From Aestuariivirgaceae bacterium (lineage in GTDB: Bacteria; Pseudomonadota; Alphaproteobacteria; Rhizobiales; Aestuariivirgaceae), in NCBI GenBank assembly GCA_036265615.1, contig DATAOT010000122.1, positions 10,526-74,525 on the forward strand: 64,000 nucleotides of DNA, read 5' to 3'. Below, one piece after another: positions 34,078 through 44,265 of the stretch (position 1 is the first letter of the stretch; each line of letters begins with the position of its first letter). The notes under the pieces were generated by a model, which did not search any database, had not been told where the DNA came from, and worked only from the letters and a program-made list of their open reading frames with translations. Made by a program: the position numbers and the translations under genes.

Positions 34078-35034
34078 TCAGGTCCTCCGCGGACCGGCGA
34101 TGCTTTCGGCCGTAATGCAGAGCAGCTCGAACATCAGCACCGCCGCAGCCAAGGCGGTTCCGCCACTTGGATCCAGCGGGGGCGAGACCTCCACGAGGTC
34201 GGCACCCACGATGTTCAGCGGCCGGAGCAGCCGGATCATGGCCTGCGCCTCGCGGGTGGTCAGGCCGCCGATTTCCGGCGTACCGGTCCCGGGGGCCATG
34301 GAAGGATCGATGACATCAATGTCGAAGGAAATGTAGGTCGGTCCGCCAGCAACGATCGAGCGCGCCTCGCTCATGATGTCGTTGATGCCACGCTCCACCA
34401 GTTCTTCGATGAAGACGATCCGGATTCCGGCATCATTTGCGAAATCGTAGTTGCTGCGATGAGATATGGCGCCACGCAGCCCGATCTGAATCATCCTCTT
34501 CGGATCGAGCAACCCCTCCTCGATGGCGCGTCGAAATGGTGTTCCATGATTGTAGCGGCTGCCAAAGAAGCTGTCATAGGTGTCGGTATGGGCATCGAAC
34601 TGAATGAGTCCAACAGGGCCGTCCTTGACGATGCCGCGAAGGATCGACAGCGTGATGAGGTGATCACCGCCAATCGCCAGAGGCACCGCGCCGCTTCGGC
34701 GAATGTCGGCAAAGTGCGATGCGATCGTGGTCAGGCTGTCGTCGATGCTGAGGGGGTTGACCGGCGCGTCGCCACAATCCGCAACCCTCAGGAGATCGAA
34801 GGGCGACACGCCGGTGACGTGGTGGACGCGCCGCACCAGACTCGACTGGTTGCGAATTTCGCGGGGACCATGGCGTGCCCCGGTCCGGTTGGTGGTGCCG
34901 CCATCGAATGGAACGCCGAGGAGAGCGATGTCGACCTCCCTCGGCTTGGCAAAAGGCAACCGCATGAAACTGCATGGCCCGGCAAAGCGAGGCACGACCC
35001 CTGAATCCAGCGGCTGGAAATCCTCGATGCTCAT
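34078..35034 (-). CDS. Ureohydrolase (agmatinase / guanidino-acid hydrolase family)
   Basis: Start at ATG 35034 (GGGAGG 6 nt upstream). Mn-site motifs LGVPFDGG, GGDHLITL, QFDAHTDTY, SFDIDVIDPSMAPGTGTPE. Confidence 0.85.
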   Translation of the reverse strand: MSIEDFQPLDSGVVPRFAGPCSFMRLPFAKPREVDIALLGVPFDGGTTNRTGARHGPREIRNQSSLVRRVHHVTGVSPFDLLRVADCGDAPVNPLSIDDSLTTIASHFADIRRSGAVPLAIGGDHLITLSILRGIVKDGPVGLIQFDAHTDTYDSFFGSRYNHGTPFRRAIEEGLLDPKRMIQIGLRGAISHRSNYDFANDAGIRIVFIEELVERGINDIMSEARSIVAGGPTYISFDIDVIDPSMAPGTGTPEIGGLTTREAQAMIRLLRPLNIVGADLVEVSPPLDPSGGTALAAAVLMFELLCITAESIAGPRRT

Positions 35035-35066
35035 ATCCACCTCCCGGTTCGCGGCATGGTTCCGCG

Positions 35067-35834
35067 CTAAAACATGACTGCGCCGCCATTTGGACTGATG
35101 CATTGCCCGGTGATGAAGGTCGCTCCGGGACCTGCGAGAAATACTGCCGCGCCGGCGATCTCCTCGGGCTGCGCAATTCGGCCGAGCGGGATGTCCGTTT
35201 CCTTGGCCAGCGTCTCCGGCGCGGTCGAGTCGGCTTCCAGCATGGCGGTATCGGTTGGACCCGGAGCGATGGCATTGACGAGAATGTCGGGCGCGAATTC
35301 ACGTGCCCAGGAGCGGGTCATCGAGATGATCCCGCCCTTCGAGGCGCAATAGATCGAGGTGTTGGCGCGCCCAAGGTAGGCAAGCTCCGATGCGATGTTG
35401 ATAACGCGACCGGATCGCTGCTTGACCATGTGGCGCAGAGCTTCGCGGCCGACTAGAAACGAACCCTTGAGATTGACAGCGATGACGGCGTCGAAATCCC
35501 CGGCGGTGGTTTCAAGCAGCGGCTTCTCGATCAATATCCCGGCATTGTTCACGACAATGTCGATGTTGCCGAGCTGGCTTGCGGCATTGGCGACTGCCGA
35601 TATCACCTGCCCCTCGTCGGCGACGTCGGCCTGAACGGCAAGCGCGCTGCCGCCGGCGGCGGCAATCGCGTCGACAACGGCCGTGATCTTGTCAAGCGGC
35701 GCGCGATCGACAAGGCAGAGGCTACACCCCTCCTGAGACAGCGCCACCGCTATGGCACGGCCGATGCCGCTCGCGGCGCCGGTGACGATCGCTGATTTGC
35801 CTGCCAGTGTCGCGTTCAATCGATGGGATGGCAT
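35067..35834 (-). CDS. SDR family oxidoreductase (FabG-like)
   Basis: TGAASGIGRA, NNAG, YCASKGG motifs. 255 aa. Confidence 0.85.
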   Translation of the reverse strand: MPSHRLNATLAGKSAIVTGAASGIGRAIAVALSQEGCSLCLVDRAPLDKITAVVDAIAAAGGSALAVQADVADEGQVISAVANAASQLGNIDIVVNNAGILIEKPLLETTAGDFDAVIAVNLKGSFLVGREALRHMVKQRSGRVINIASELAYLGRANTSIYCASKGGIISMTRSWAREFAPDILVNAIAPGPTDTAMLEADSTAPETLAKETDIPLGRIAQPEEIAGAAVFLAGPGATFITGQCISPNGGAVMF

Positions 35835-35851
35835 TGGATCACACCTGCAAT

Positions 35852-36664
35852 CTATTCCTGCTCAGTTGTTTCGAGTCTCAGCTCTTCGTTGCGGATCAGC
35901 GCCAGCACCTCCCGTCGGAGCTTGCGAAAGGCTGGAAGCTCCATCACGTCCAAGGTCCGATCCCTGGGCAGCTCGGCTCTCACCTCGATATCCTTCAACA
36001 CTCTCGCGGGTCGGGCCGAGAAGACGATGATGCGATCAGCGAGGAAGACTGCCTCATCGACGTCATGGGTCGTGAAGATGATGGTCTTGCGCTCGACCTT
36101 GCGCAGCCCCAAGAGCTGAAGTTGCAGCCGCTCGCGGGTCAGCGCATCGAGTGCCCCGAAGGGTTCATCCATCAGCAGCACGAGGGGGTCTGCGGCAAGC
36201 GTTCGCGCGATCGCTACCCGCTGACGCATGCCGCCGGAAATTCGGTTGATGTAGAAATCGCTGAACGGCGCGAGGCCGACGATCTCGAGATAGTGCTGAG
36301 CGATGCGGTCCTTCTCGGTTTCCGATACGTCGCGACGGTAGCGCAGGCCGAAGCGGATGTTGCGCAGAACTGTCAGCCATGGAAACGACGAATAGGACTG
36401 GAACACCATCCCTTTTTCGCGACTGGGTCCGGCTACAGGCTCACCCTTGAGAAGGACATAGCCCGTGGTCGGCCTCTCCAGTCCTCCGACCATGCGCATG
36501 ACCGTTGTCTTGCCACACCCCGACGGGCCGACAAACACCACGAATTCACCCTCGTTGATCGACAGGTCAAGCGGGTCGATCACCGGGACATCCCGACCGT
36601 TCTCCTGCTCGAAGATCTTGGTCAGCTCCCGGAATTCAATGAAACCAGCTCCGTTGGTCATCAT
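35852..36664 (-). CDS. ABC transporter ATP-binding protein (NitT/TauT family)
   Basis: GPSGCGKTT, ISGGMRQRVAIARTL, LLMDEPFGALD. Typical aliphatic sulfonate/nitrate/taurine-type ATPase. Confidence 0.9.
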   Translation of the reverse strand: MMTNGAGFIEFRELTKIFEQENGRDVPVIDPLDLSINEGEFVVFVGPSGCGKTTVMRMVGGLERPTTGYVLLKGEPVAGPSREKGMVFQSYSSFPWLTVLRNIRFGLRYRRDVSETEKDRIAQHYLEIVGLAPFSDFYINRISGGMRQRVAIARTLAADPLVLLMDEPFGALDALTRERLQLQLLGLRKVERKTIIFTTHDVDEAVFLADRIIVFSARPARVLKDIEVRAELPRDRTLDVMELPAFRKLRREVLALIRNEELRLETTEQE

Positions 36665-36668
36665 GCTT

Positions 36669-37562
36669 TCAGGTCAGGTAGCGGAACCAGCGGCGGTGCA
36701 GCAGACGGATGATCTGGTCGGAAACAAGGCCGATGATGCCGATCGTCAGGATTCCGGCGAAGACCTCGGGCGTCTTGCCATAGCGCCGCGCCGTCCAAAG
36801 TTCGTAGCCAATGCCGGAATTCGCCGCAACGATCTCCGCGACGATGAGATAGGTCCAGCACCACCCCAGCGTGATGCGCAAGCTGTCGATCATGTTGGGC
36901 AGCATGGCAGGGAACAACACATCCCTGATCAGGGGAAACTGGCGGGCCCCGAGCGTGCGCCCGGTCTCGATGAATTCGATGGGGACGCGCCGAGCATCGT
37001 CGGCAACCAGCAGGACGAGCTGAAAAAACGTCCCGATCCAGAGCAGCGCAATTTTCGAGCTTTCGCCGATTCCAAGCCAGATCAGGGTCAAAGGCACGAG
37101 CGCCGGCACCGGGAGATAACGGATGAAGTCGATGAGCGGGACGGTGAACGCGCCAACGCCGCGGTAGCAGCTCATCAGGATTCCGATGGGGACCGCCATC
37201 ACGACAGACACCAGAAAAGCCGCCCACACCCGCCCGATGCTGATGGCGATATCCTGCACGTAATCGCTGGTCGTCAACATGGTGTAAAGTGCTGCGACCA
37301 CCGCGCCGGGGGACGGCAGGAACTGCGGCTTGATCAGTCCGAAACGGGTGATCAAGTCCCAGGCGACCACCACGAAGAGGAAAGCGCCGATCCCGATCCC
37401 GATCTCAAGCCTTGGCCGTGCTGCTCCCCGGAAAGCAAGCAGTTCCCGCCAGCTGCTGTGCTTCCGCTGGGCGGCAATCGATGGAGATCGGGCACGCGAC
37501 CGCTCGGTACCGGTATAATTCACCGGAACCGGTACGGTGGTTGATACCTGCCTCTCTGTCAC
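36669..37562 (-). CDS. ABC transporter permease (NitT/TauT family)
   Basis: Six TM segments and an EAA-like region (IETGRTLGARQFPLIRDVLFPAMLP). Lies between the SBP and ATPase genes. Confidence 0.85.
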   Translation of the reverse strand: MTERQVSTTVPVPVNYTGTERSRARSPSIAAQRKHSSWRELLAFRGAARPRLEIGIGIGAFLFVVVAWDLITRFGLIKPQFLPSPGAVVAALYTMLTTSDYVQDIAISIGRVWAAFLVSVVMAVPIGILMSCYRGVGAFTVPLIDFIRYLPVPALVPLTLIWLGIGESSKIALLWIGTFFQLVLLVADDARRVPIEFIETGRTLGARQFPLIRDVLFPAMLPNMIDSLRITLGWCWTYLIVAEIVAANSGIGYELWTARRYGKTPEVFAGILTIGIIGLVSDQIIRLLHRRWFRYLT

Positions 37563-37589
37563 CTGGAGACTTGGCCTCCGGCCAGCAGA

Positions 37590-38621
37590 CTATTGCCAGT
37601 TCTTGTCGACCTGATTGATGAAGCTGTTGTCGAGATGATCCTCGGGATTGAGCTTAACATCGGATGAGCCAAATTCGAGATTGAGGTCCATTGCCTCGCG
37701 GAACACTTCGAAGATCCGTCCCTCCTGGCCCTTGGTGCCCATCAGCTGGATTGCATTCTCATACGGCGTGTAGTGAAAATTCGGCAGCGTTGCCTTGAAG
37801 TCGTCGGGAGTGATCGAGAACTGCTTGGCGATGATCGGAATGGCCTTGTCCTGGTTCTTGTTGAAGTAGTCGATGGCCCGATAGACGGCGCGCAGGAACT
37901 TGACATATTTTTCGGGGTGAGCCCGCAGCTCACCCGTGTGGGCGATGATGCCGTCCAGGATCAGATCATCATAATCCTTGGAAGACGCGACGATATGGGC
38001 CCCGCGCTCCTTGTGGGCGGCGACAACCTGGGTCAACACCGGCTCATAGGTCCCGACGGCTGCCACATTCGAATCGGCAAAGACGCCGATAGCATCGGCT
38101 GCCGCAATGTCGGAGAGCTTGGTATCCTTGATGGACAGATTGCATTGCTTCTTGAGCGCCATCTGCATGATGAGGCGGGCCGGCAGATTGGGCTCGACCG
38201 CGATCGTCTTGCCCTTCAAGTCGCACACGGTCTTGATCGACTGGTCAGCCGCCCACCCGTCGCCGCCGGTCGAAACATCGATGGTGCCGATGATGATCCC
38301 TTGGGTGTTCTTTCGGCGGCCAAGCCCCTGGAATTCGCCAACGGTGCGCAGATAGCAGTCGATATCACCGCGCTCCATGGCGGCAACACCGTTCGGCATG
38401 TCGTCGTCCAAAATCTCGGTAACCGTCAGGCCTTCGTCCTTGAAGTATCCGAGCTCATTGGCGAGATGAACGGGCCCGAAGCCGACCCAGACCGGGTACA
38501 TGCAGGTAACCTTGTCCGCTTCACCGACGGCCGCCTGGACGCTGCCGCGGCCAAAGAGGCCGAGGAAAAGAGCGGCCATCACGCAGATCCAGAGGGCGAT
38601 CTTTCGGTTGCTCGTCGCCAT
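37590..38621 (-). CDS. ABC transporter substrate-binding protein (NMT1/THI5-like, NitT/TauT family)
   Basis: Start at ATG 38621 (GGAGG 8 nt upstream). Signal peptide (IALWICVMAALFLGLFGRGSVQA). SsuA/TauA/NMT1-like layout. Confidence 0.8.
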   Translation of the reverse strand: MATSNRKIALWICVMAALFLGLFGRGSVQAAVGEADKVTCMYPVWVGFGPVHLANELGYFKDEGLTVTEILDDDMPNGVAAMERGDIDCYLRTVGEFQGLGRRKNTQGIIIGTIDVSTGGDGWAADQSIKTVCDLKGKTIAVEPNLPARLIMQMALKKQCNLSIKDTKLSDIAAADAIGVFADSNVAAVGTYEPVLTQVVAAHKERGAHIVASSKDYDDLILDGIIAHTGELRAHPEKYVKFLRAVYRAIDYFNKNQDKAIPIIAKQFSITPDDFKATLPNFHYTPYENAIQLMGTKGQEGRIFEVFREAMDLNLEFGSSDVKLNPEDHLDNSFINQVDKNWQ

Positions 38622-38756
38622 AGGTCCTACCTCCACTGAAGCTATTGTCTCGCTGCCGGAAAAGCCTATTCAATGCATATCGGATTGCCAAGAAGGAGTT
38701 GCTTCCAGAATGGAACAGACCAACCGCCTCTGACGGTGCGGAATCGAGGTATTCGG

Positions 38757-39722
38757 ATGTTCGAGGATTTGAACAGGCTGACGGAGGCATTGCGTGAAGA
38801 AGGCGTGGTCGACACGCACTATCATGTCGGCCCCGAGCTGATCGTGCGCCGCTATGACGTCAAGACGCTTGCCGACGTGGCGGTGCCGTTCGGTGCCACA
38901 TTGGTGCTCAAGAATCATACGTACCCTACGACACCGCTGGCATCACTTGCCCGTGCCCACTTCGATGCCCGATTCTTTGGCGGCATCGTCCTCAATCGCT
39001 ATGTCGGCGGCCTCAACCCACAAGCGGTGGAAAGCGCTTGTTCCGGCAATCGCACTTATGCGAGCCGCGGGGAGCCGGACCCCTCGCCCGTGGTTGTATG
39101 GATGCCGACGGTCCATGCCCGTTCGCACCTCCAGGTGCATGGTTTCGCATTCGATCCGCGCTGGTCAGGGTGCTGCACCCATGGTCACGCCGACCACACG
39201 GATCCGAATTCGAGAACGGCCGCGGAACCGGTCATCGTCTTCGAAGACAATGGATGCCCTGCCCCGGAGCTGATCCCGACGCTGGAGGCGATCGCGCGCA
39301 ACAATTGCGTTCTGGCGAGCGGCCACCTGCATGCGGAAGAAGTCAAGAGGCTGGTTCCGATGGCGCTCGAGATTGGCGTCAAGCGCATCATCCTGACGCA
39401 CCCGCATTACCCCTCGATCAGACTGGTGGACGAGGATCTCAAAATGCTGAGCCTGCATCCGGAGGTTTTCATCGAGCACTGTTTTGCCATTCACACCCAG
39501 GACGGCGTGCCGCTTGAAGCCTATGCGGATTCGATCAACGTCACCGGGTCGGAGCAGGTTCTGCTGTCGACGGATTTCGGTCAGGTATCGAGTGATCCGT
39601 TCCCGGAGGGAACGCTGCGCTATGCCGCCGCACTGGCAAGTCTGCTCAAAGGAAAGGTGTCCCGCGCGGCATTTCTGCGGATGTTCACCAGCAATGGGAG
39701 GCGGGCGCTCGGAATTGCGTAG
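38757..39722 (+). CDS. Uncharacterised amidohydrolase-superfamily-like (TIM-barrel metal hydrolase) protein
   Basis: Start at ATG 38757. HxH-type VDTHYH near the N-terminus, later SGHLH, ILTHPH and LLSTDFG, spaced like amidohydrolase metal ligands. Divergent from the NitT/TauT operon. Confidence 0.5.
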   Translation: MFEDLNRLTEALREEGVVDTHYHVGPELIVRRYDVKTLADVAVPFGATLVLKNHTYPTTPLASLARAHFDARFFGGIVLNRYVGGLNPQAVESACSGNRTYASRGEPDPSPVVVWMPTVHARSHLQVHGFAFDPRWSGCCTHGHADHTDPNSRTAAEPVIVFEDNGCPAPELIPTLEAIARNNCVLASGHLHAEEVKRLVPMALEIGVKRIILTHPHYPSIRLVDEDLKMLSLHPEVFIEHCFAIHTQDGVPLEAYADSINVTGSEQVLLSTDFGQVSSDPFPEGTLRYAAALASLLKGKVSRAAFLRMFTSNGRRALGIA

Positions 39723-39726
39723 CGCT

Positions 39727-40677
39727 TCAGGCCAGACCTTTGTTCCGGCTGCCGCTCGCGGTGATGATGGCAACGATGACCAATCCGGTCAGGAGCAACC
39801 GAACGCCGGCGCTCACGCCGAAGGTGTTCAGCATGGTGAGGAGCAGCACCAGGAAGAGGGCCGCGCCCCAGATGCCAGGGACGTTGGCCTTGCCGCCGGC
39901 GACCGATGTGCCGCCGATCACAACCACGGCGATCGAAGCAAGAAGATACTCGTTGCCGATGTCGACATTGGCGCCGCGGAAATAGCCGGCGAGCAAAGCT
40001 CCGTTGAGGCCCCCCAGCAAGCCGGAGAGCGTGTAGGTGAGAAACCGCACACGACCGACCTTGACTCCCGCAAGCCAGGCGGCGCGCGGATTCTGTCCGA
40101 TGGCGGCAACCGAGCGGCCATAGACCGTTCGCTGCAGCACGAGGGCTGCCGCGACCGAGAACAGCGCCGTCAGAATGGCGAGGACGGGAATGCCGGCGAA
40201 CTGCAGATTGGTGAAATCGGCGAAGCCGGGAGGCGGCTTGATCTGCAGTCCACGCCCATAGCTGATGTCTATGGACTGGATGATGAAGCTCGCCGACAAG
40301 GTGGCAATGATCGGGGGAATGCGCAGAGCCCAGATCATCAGATAATTGGTTGCGCCGATGGCGGCACCGGTCGCGAGAGCAGCGGCAAGCCCAAGTGGCA
40401 CCAGGGCGTCGCTGCCGCCCATCACCTTCATGGCCACGGCGCTTGCCAGTCCGATATTGGCCGGAAGAGAGAGATCGACATTGCCTGGTCCGAGCGTGAT
40501 GACGAACATCTGCCCGATGCCGACGATGACCATGAACACAGCGAGCGAGAGCGCAGCGGTGATCATGCCCCCTGCCCCGTGCCCGCCAGTGAAAGCAATC
40601 GCCGCGAGCCACACTGCAAGCGCGCCGACAAACGACCATATCCATGGACGCGCTACGATGTTCAGTGTCCAGCTCAC
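39727..40677 (-). CDS. Sugar ABC transporter permease (ribose/xylose-type, AraH/RbsC family)
   Basis: GTG 40677 overlaps the upstream stop (GTGA). Multi-TM, GGTSVAGGKANVPG motif typical of RbsC-type permeases. The track ORF start 41025 is an extension. Confidence 0.85.
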   Translation of the reverse strand: MSWTLNIVARPWIWSFVGALAVWLAAIAFTGGHGAGGMITAALSLAVFMVIVGIGQMFVITLGPGNVDLSLPANIGLASAVAMKVMGGSDALVPLGLAAALATGAAIGATNYLMIWALRIPPIIATLSASFIIQSIDISYGRGLQIKPPPGFADFTNLQFAGIPVLAILTALFSVAAALVLQRTVYGRSVAAIGQNPRAAWLAGVKVGRVRFLTYTLSGLLGGLNGALLAGYFRGANVDIGNEYLLASIAVVVIGGTSVAGGKANVPGIWGAALFLVLLLTMLNTFGVSAGVRLLLTGLVIVAIITASGSRNKGLA

Positions 40678-41660
40678 TGAGTCAGTGCCTCCTGCCGGCT
40701 GAGCAGCGCGCGCGCCGCGAGCACAATGATCAGGATCGCTCCATTGGCGCCGACCTGCCAATCCGGAGGAATGCGCATGAAAGTCAGCAGCGGCGAGGCA
40801 GCCAGCGCCAGAGTGAGCGCGCCGAGCACCGCACCCACCGGCGATACCCGCCCGCCGACAAACTCGCCGCCGCCAAGGATCACTCCGGCGATGGAAAGAA
40901 GGGTGTAGCCATTGCCGATATTCGCGTCGGCAGACGTGGTGGTTCCGATCAATGCCAGGCCCGAAGCGACGCCAAACATGCCGGCGAGCGTAAACAGCGT
41001 CACCTTGGTCTTGAACAGCGACCAACCGGCCCGGCTCATCGCGAGCGGATTACCGCCGGAACCGCGCAGGATCGTACCGTAGGAGGTGCGCATCAAACCG
41101 ACATGGGCGACCGCTGCGATGACGATCGCGGCGAGGATCGGGAATGGTATCCAGGGTGGCTTCAGGCCCATGAGTTGCTGAAGCCATTCGGGCGCGGCAC
41201 CGCCCGGCTTGGGCAGGAGCAAAATCGCGAGCCCCTGCCACACGAAGCTCATACCCAGCGTCACTACGATCGAGGGCAGCGAGCGCAGATAAATCAGGGC
41301 GCCGAGGGCGGCATACACCCCGACCGACCCTATCAGCATCAGGGCGCCGATCAGGGGCGCCTCGCGCAGCCAGGTGGCGGTAACGCAGCCCACAAAACCG
41401 ACAAAGGTGCCGATCGAAAGATCGAGGTCGTTTCCAGTCATGACGAACATCTGCGCGATCGTCGCGAGCGCAATGGGAATCGCCAGATTGAGCATCAGCG
41501 TGAAGCCGAAATAGCTCATGGCGCGGGGATTGAGCCAGGCGATGCCGATCAAGATGAGCACGAGCGAGAGCGCGGGCAGCAGCGATCGCAGCAGACGACG
41601 CGGCGCCTGGCCTGTGAGAACCAGGCGACGTGATTTGCCTTCTAGGCTGAGGTCAGCCAT
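40674..41660 (-). CDS. Sugar ABC transporter permease (RbsC family)
   Basis: Multi-TM with [15 protein letters not shown] motif. Tandem with a second permease. Confidence 0.85.
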   Translation of the reverse strand: MADLSLEGKSRRLVLTGQAPRRLLRSLLPALSLVLILIGIAWLNPRAMSYFGFTLMLNLAIPIALATIAQMFVMTGNDLDLSIGTFVGFVGCVTATWLREAPLIGALMLIGSVGVYAALGALIYLRSLPSIVVTLGMSFVWQGLAILLLPKPGGAAPEWLQQLMGLKPPWIPFPILAAIVIAAVAHVGLMRTSYGTILRGSGGNPLAMSRAGWSLFKTKVTLFTLAGMFGVASGLALIGTTTSADANIGNGYTLLSIAGVILGGGEFVGGRVSPVGAVLGALTLALAASPLLTFMRIPPDWQVGANGAILIIVLAARALLSRQEALTQ

Positions 41661-43129
41661 GGTTCCACATGGAAAGACGACTGGATCACGGCTTCCTCGG
41701 TCAGCTCATCGCGATTCAGCTCGGCGACAATGCGGCCGTTGCGGAAGACATAAATGCGGTCGCAATTGCCGAGCTCTTCCATTTCGGTCGTGTACCAAAG
41801 AAATGTCCGGCCGCGCCTCGTCTCGGCCTCGATCAGCTCGTAGATCTCGAACTTGGTCGCAACATCGACCCCACGCGTCGGATCGTCCATCAGAATGATT
41901 CCGGCGTCCGATGCCAATGCCCGGGCAAACAGAGCCTTCTGCTGATTGCCGCCAGACAGCGAAAGAATGTTGTTGGCGACATCGGGCGTCCGAATTCCGA
42001 TTCTTTCCTGCCATTGGCGCGCCAGGCCGGCCTCACGGCTCGGGGAAATGAACATGCCATTACGCAAAGTCGCGATCGAGCGGATGGCTATGTTCTCGGC
42101 GATCGACCACATCGGAAATATTCCTTCCGACTGTCGGTCGCCGGCGATGATAGCGACAGGCCCTTTCACTTCGATTCGGTCGGTCGGCTTGCTTGATGCG
42201 CGATAGATGTCGATCAGCAGCTGCGCCTGGCCATGGCCGGAAAGCCCCGCCAGACCGATGATCTCGCCGTCATGCGCCTCAAGCTCGGTGCCATCCTGCT
42301 GGCGAGCTGGCCGGGCGCGAATCCGAAGTGGGGCCGCCGCCTCCCGTACTGCCGTGCGGCGCGAGGCCATCTGGTGCGGTGCTGCAACCGTGCCCATGGC
42401 GTCGATCAACCTGTCGCGGTCGAAGGCAGCCGCGGCGCCCGCAGCGACCACCCTGCCGTCGCGCATGACCATGACGCGATGACAGTGATCCAGGATCTCA
42501 TTCAACAGATGAGAGATCAGGATGCAGCTTGTGCCACCGGCAACGATTCGACGGACAAAAGACAAGAGCTGGCCGGCGGTGCGACTGTCGAGGGAGGAGG
42601 TCGGCTCGTCCAGGACGACAAGGCGCAACGGGTATGCAGTGACGGTGAAGGCACGGGCCACCTCGACCATCTGGCGCTTGCTGATGGGCAGATCGCGGAT
42701 CACGTCTGCCGGCCCGATACCGTGGCCGGGAAAGATTTCGTCCAGCTTGGCCTGAATAAGATCGCTGGCTCGTTGGTGCCAGCGCACCCCCTTTATCTCA
42801 GCATGGTAGATATAGGCGTTTTCCGCCACGCTGAGATTGGGACAGAGCGAAAGCTCCTGGAACACGCAGCGAATTCCGAGCTTGTGGGCCATTGTCACGT
42901 GGTAATCGGGTTGCGGCATGCCAGCGATCGCGATGTCGCCGCTGTCCGGCTTGAGAGTGCCCGCGACCACATGCATCAGCGTCGACTTGCCGGCACCGTT
43001 GTGGCCAACCAAGCCGACGCATTCGCCTGCACCGACCAACAGGTCGACGCCGTTCAGCGCACGGACGGCACCGAAGCGCTTCGCGATCTGTCCGAGGGCG
43101 ATAATCTCTGCCGCTTTGTCAGGCAGCAT
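41642..43129 (-). CDS. Sugar ABC transporter ATP-binding protein (duplicated NBD)
   Basis: Two ATPase halves: GHNGAGKST + [12 protein letters not shown], and [15 protein letters not shown] + [11 protein letters not shown]. 495 aa. Confidence 0.9.
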   Translation of the reverse strand: MLPDKAAEIIALGQIAKRFGAVRALNGVDLLVGAGECVGLVGHNGAGKSTLMHVVAGTLKPDSGDIAIAGMPQPDYHVTMAHKLGIRCVFQELSLCPNLSVAENAYIYHAEIKGVRWHQRASDLIQAKLDEIFPGHGIGPADVIRDLPISKRQMVEVARAFTVTAYPLRLVVLDEPTSSLDSRTAGQLLSFVRRIVAGGTSCILISHLLNEILDHCHRVMVMRDGRVVAAGAAAAFDRDRLIDAMGTVAAPHQMASRRTAVREAAAPLRIRARPARQQDGTELEAHDGEIIGLAGLSGHGQAQLLIDIYRASSKPTDRIEVKGPVAIIAGDRQSEGIFPMWSIAENIAIRSIATLRNGMFISPSREAGLARQWQERIGIRTPDVANNILSLSGGNQQKALFARALASDAGIILMDDPTRGVDVATKFEIYELIEAETRRGRTFLWYTTEMEELGNCDRIYVFRNGRIVAELNRDELTEEAVIQSSFHVEPWLTSA

Positions 43130-44149
43130 TCACTTCATGTTTGCTTTGATGGCCGCTTCGGCATCGGATTGCGTATATTCATGGCTCGCGACACCGCCTT
43201 TTTCGATATTGGGCAGCGCGGCCTCGAAATCATCCTGGGTGAAGGCGAGGTAGGGCACGAGGAGATCGTGGGGTACATCCTTGCCGTCAAGGATCTGCTG
43301 TGCAACCCAGAAGGCAAGCGTCGAGACGCCCGGGGCAATCGATGCCGACCAGGTGAGGTAGCCATCCTTGGCCTTCTGCTCCTTCCACCATTCGAGCTCG
43401 TCCTGCCGATTGCCCATGATGATGGTCGGCCGCGGCCTGCCGGCGGCGGCAAAGGCCTGGGCCGCGCCATAACCGTCGCCTCCCTGGTCGACTACGCCGA
43501 CGATCTCCGGCAGCGACGGCAGCACGGTTGCGACCGCCTTCTGAGCAGTGGTCTGGTCCCAATCACCGGTCACCGAGGCGACGATCTTGAACTCGGGATG
43601 TGCGGCTACGCCTTCCAGAATTCCGGCATGAATCGCTTCATCAATGGAGGTGCCGGCCAGTCCCCTGATTTCGAGCAGGCTGCCGCCCTTGGGCTGAAAC
43701 TTCGCCATGTGCTCGACTTCCTGCCTGCCCATATCCTTGAAATCGACGACGACGCGCCAGGCGCAGGGCTCAGTGACGATGCCGTCGAAGGAGACGACCA
43801 CGATCTTCTGCTCGCAAGCCTTCTTGATCGCGCCGTTGAGGGCGTCCGGCGAGGAGGCGTTTATGACAATGGCATCATAGCCTTGCAGAATCAGATTCTG
43901 GATCTGGGCAGCCTGGGTGGGGACCTCCTTGTCAGCGGTGGTGAACACGTCAGCAGCGGTCACCACGCCATCGGCGACAGCCTTCTTGGTGACGATGTCA
44001 TAGCTCTTGAGCATCGCCTGCCGCCAGGAGTTCCCGGCATAGTTGTTGGAGAACGCGATCTTCTTGTCCTTGGTGTCGGCAAATGCCGTGCCGGCAATCA
44101 TGCCGATGGTCACGGCTGCCAGCAGCAGCGTCCTGTTCAGGCCAGCCAT
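43130..44149 (-). CDS. Sugar ABC transporter substrate-binding protein (RbsB-like)
   Basis: Start at ATG 44149 (GGGAGGAG upstream). Signal peptide (LLLAAVTIGMIAGTAFA), KKIAFSNNYAGNSWRQ. The track ORF to 44944 is an extension. Confidence 0.85.
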   Translation of the reverse strand: MAGLNRTLLLAAVTIGMIAGTAFADTKDKKIAFSNNYAGNSWRQAMLKSYDIVTKKAVADGVVTAADVFTTADKEVPTQAAQIQNLILQGYDAIVINASSPDALNGAIKKACEQKIVVVSFDGIVTEPCAWRVVVDFKDMGRQEVEHMAKFQPKGGSLLEIRGLAGTSIDEAIHAGILEGVAAHPEFKIVASVTGDWDQTTAQKAVATVLPSLPEIVGVVDQGGDGYGAAQAFAAAGRPRPTIIMGNRQDELEWWKEQKAKDGYLTWSASIAPGVSTLAFWVAQQILDGKDVPHDLLVPYLAFTQDDFEAALPNIEKGGVASHEYTQSDAEAAIKANMK

Positions 44150-44265
44150 CTGAATGCTCCTCCCTGCCGGCCGATGATCGTTGTATTCGCGGGCCGGTGT
44201 TTTTCTGCGCAAGCCAAAATCTACTGCAAGGATGCGGCAATCGACAAGCAGGAGCTCCCGTCGTC

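Noticed and set aside
38637-38756. Possible guanidine (ykkC-type) riboswitch in the leader of the NitT/TauT-ureohydrolase operon, since such transporters are frequent riboswitch targets.
   Set aside because: The 120-135 nt leader, read on the minus strand, shows none of the conserved ykkC segments I can recall (GGGA...GGUCCGAGAG...ACGGCGGG-like). A covariance-model scan would be needed to exclude it formally.
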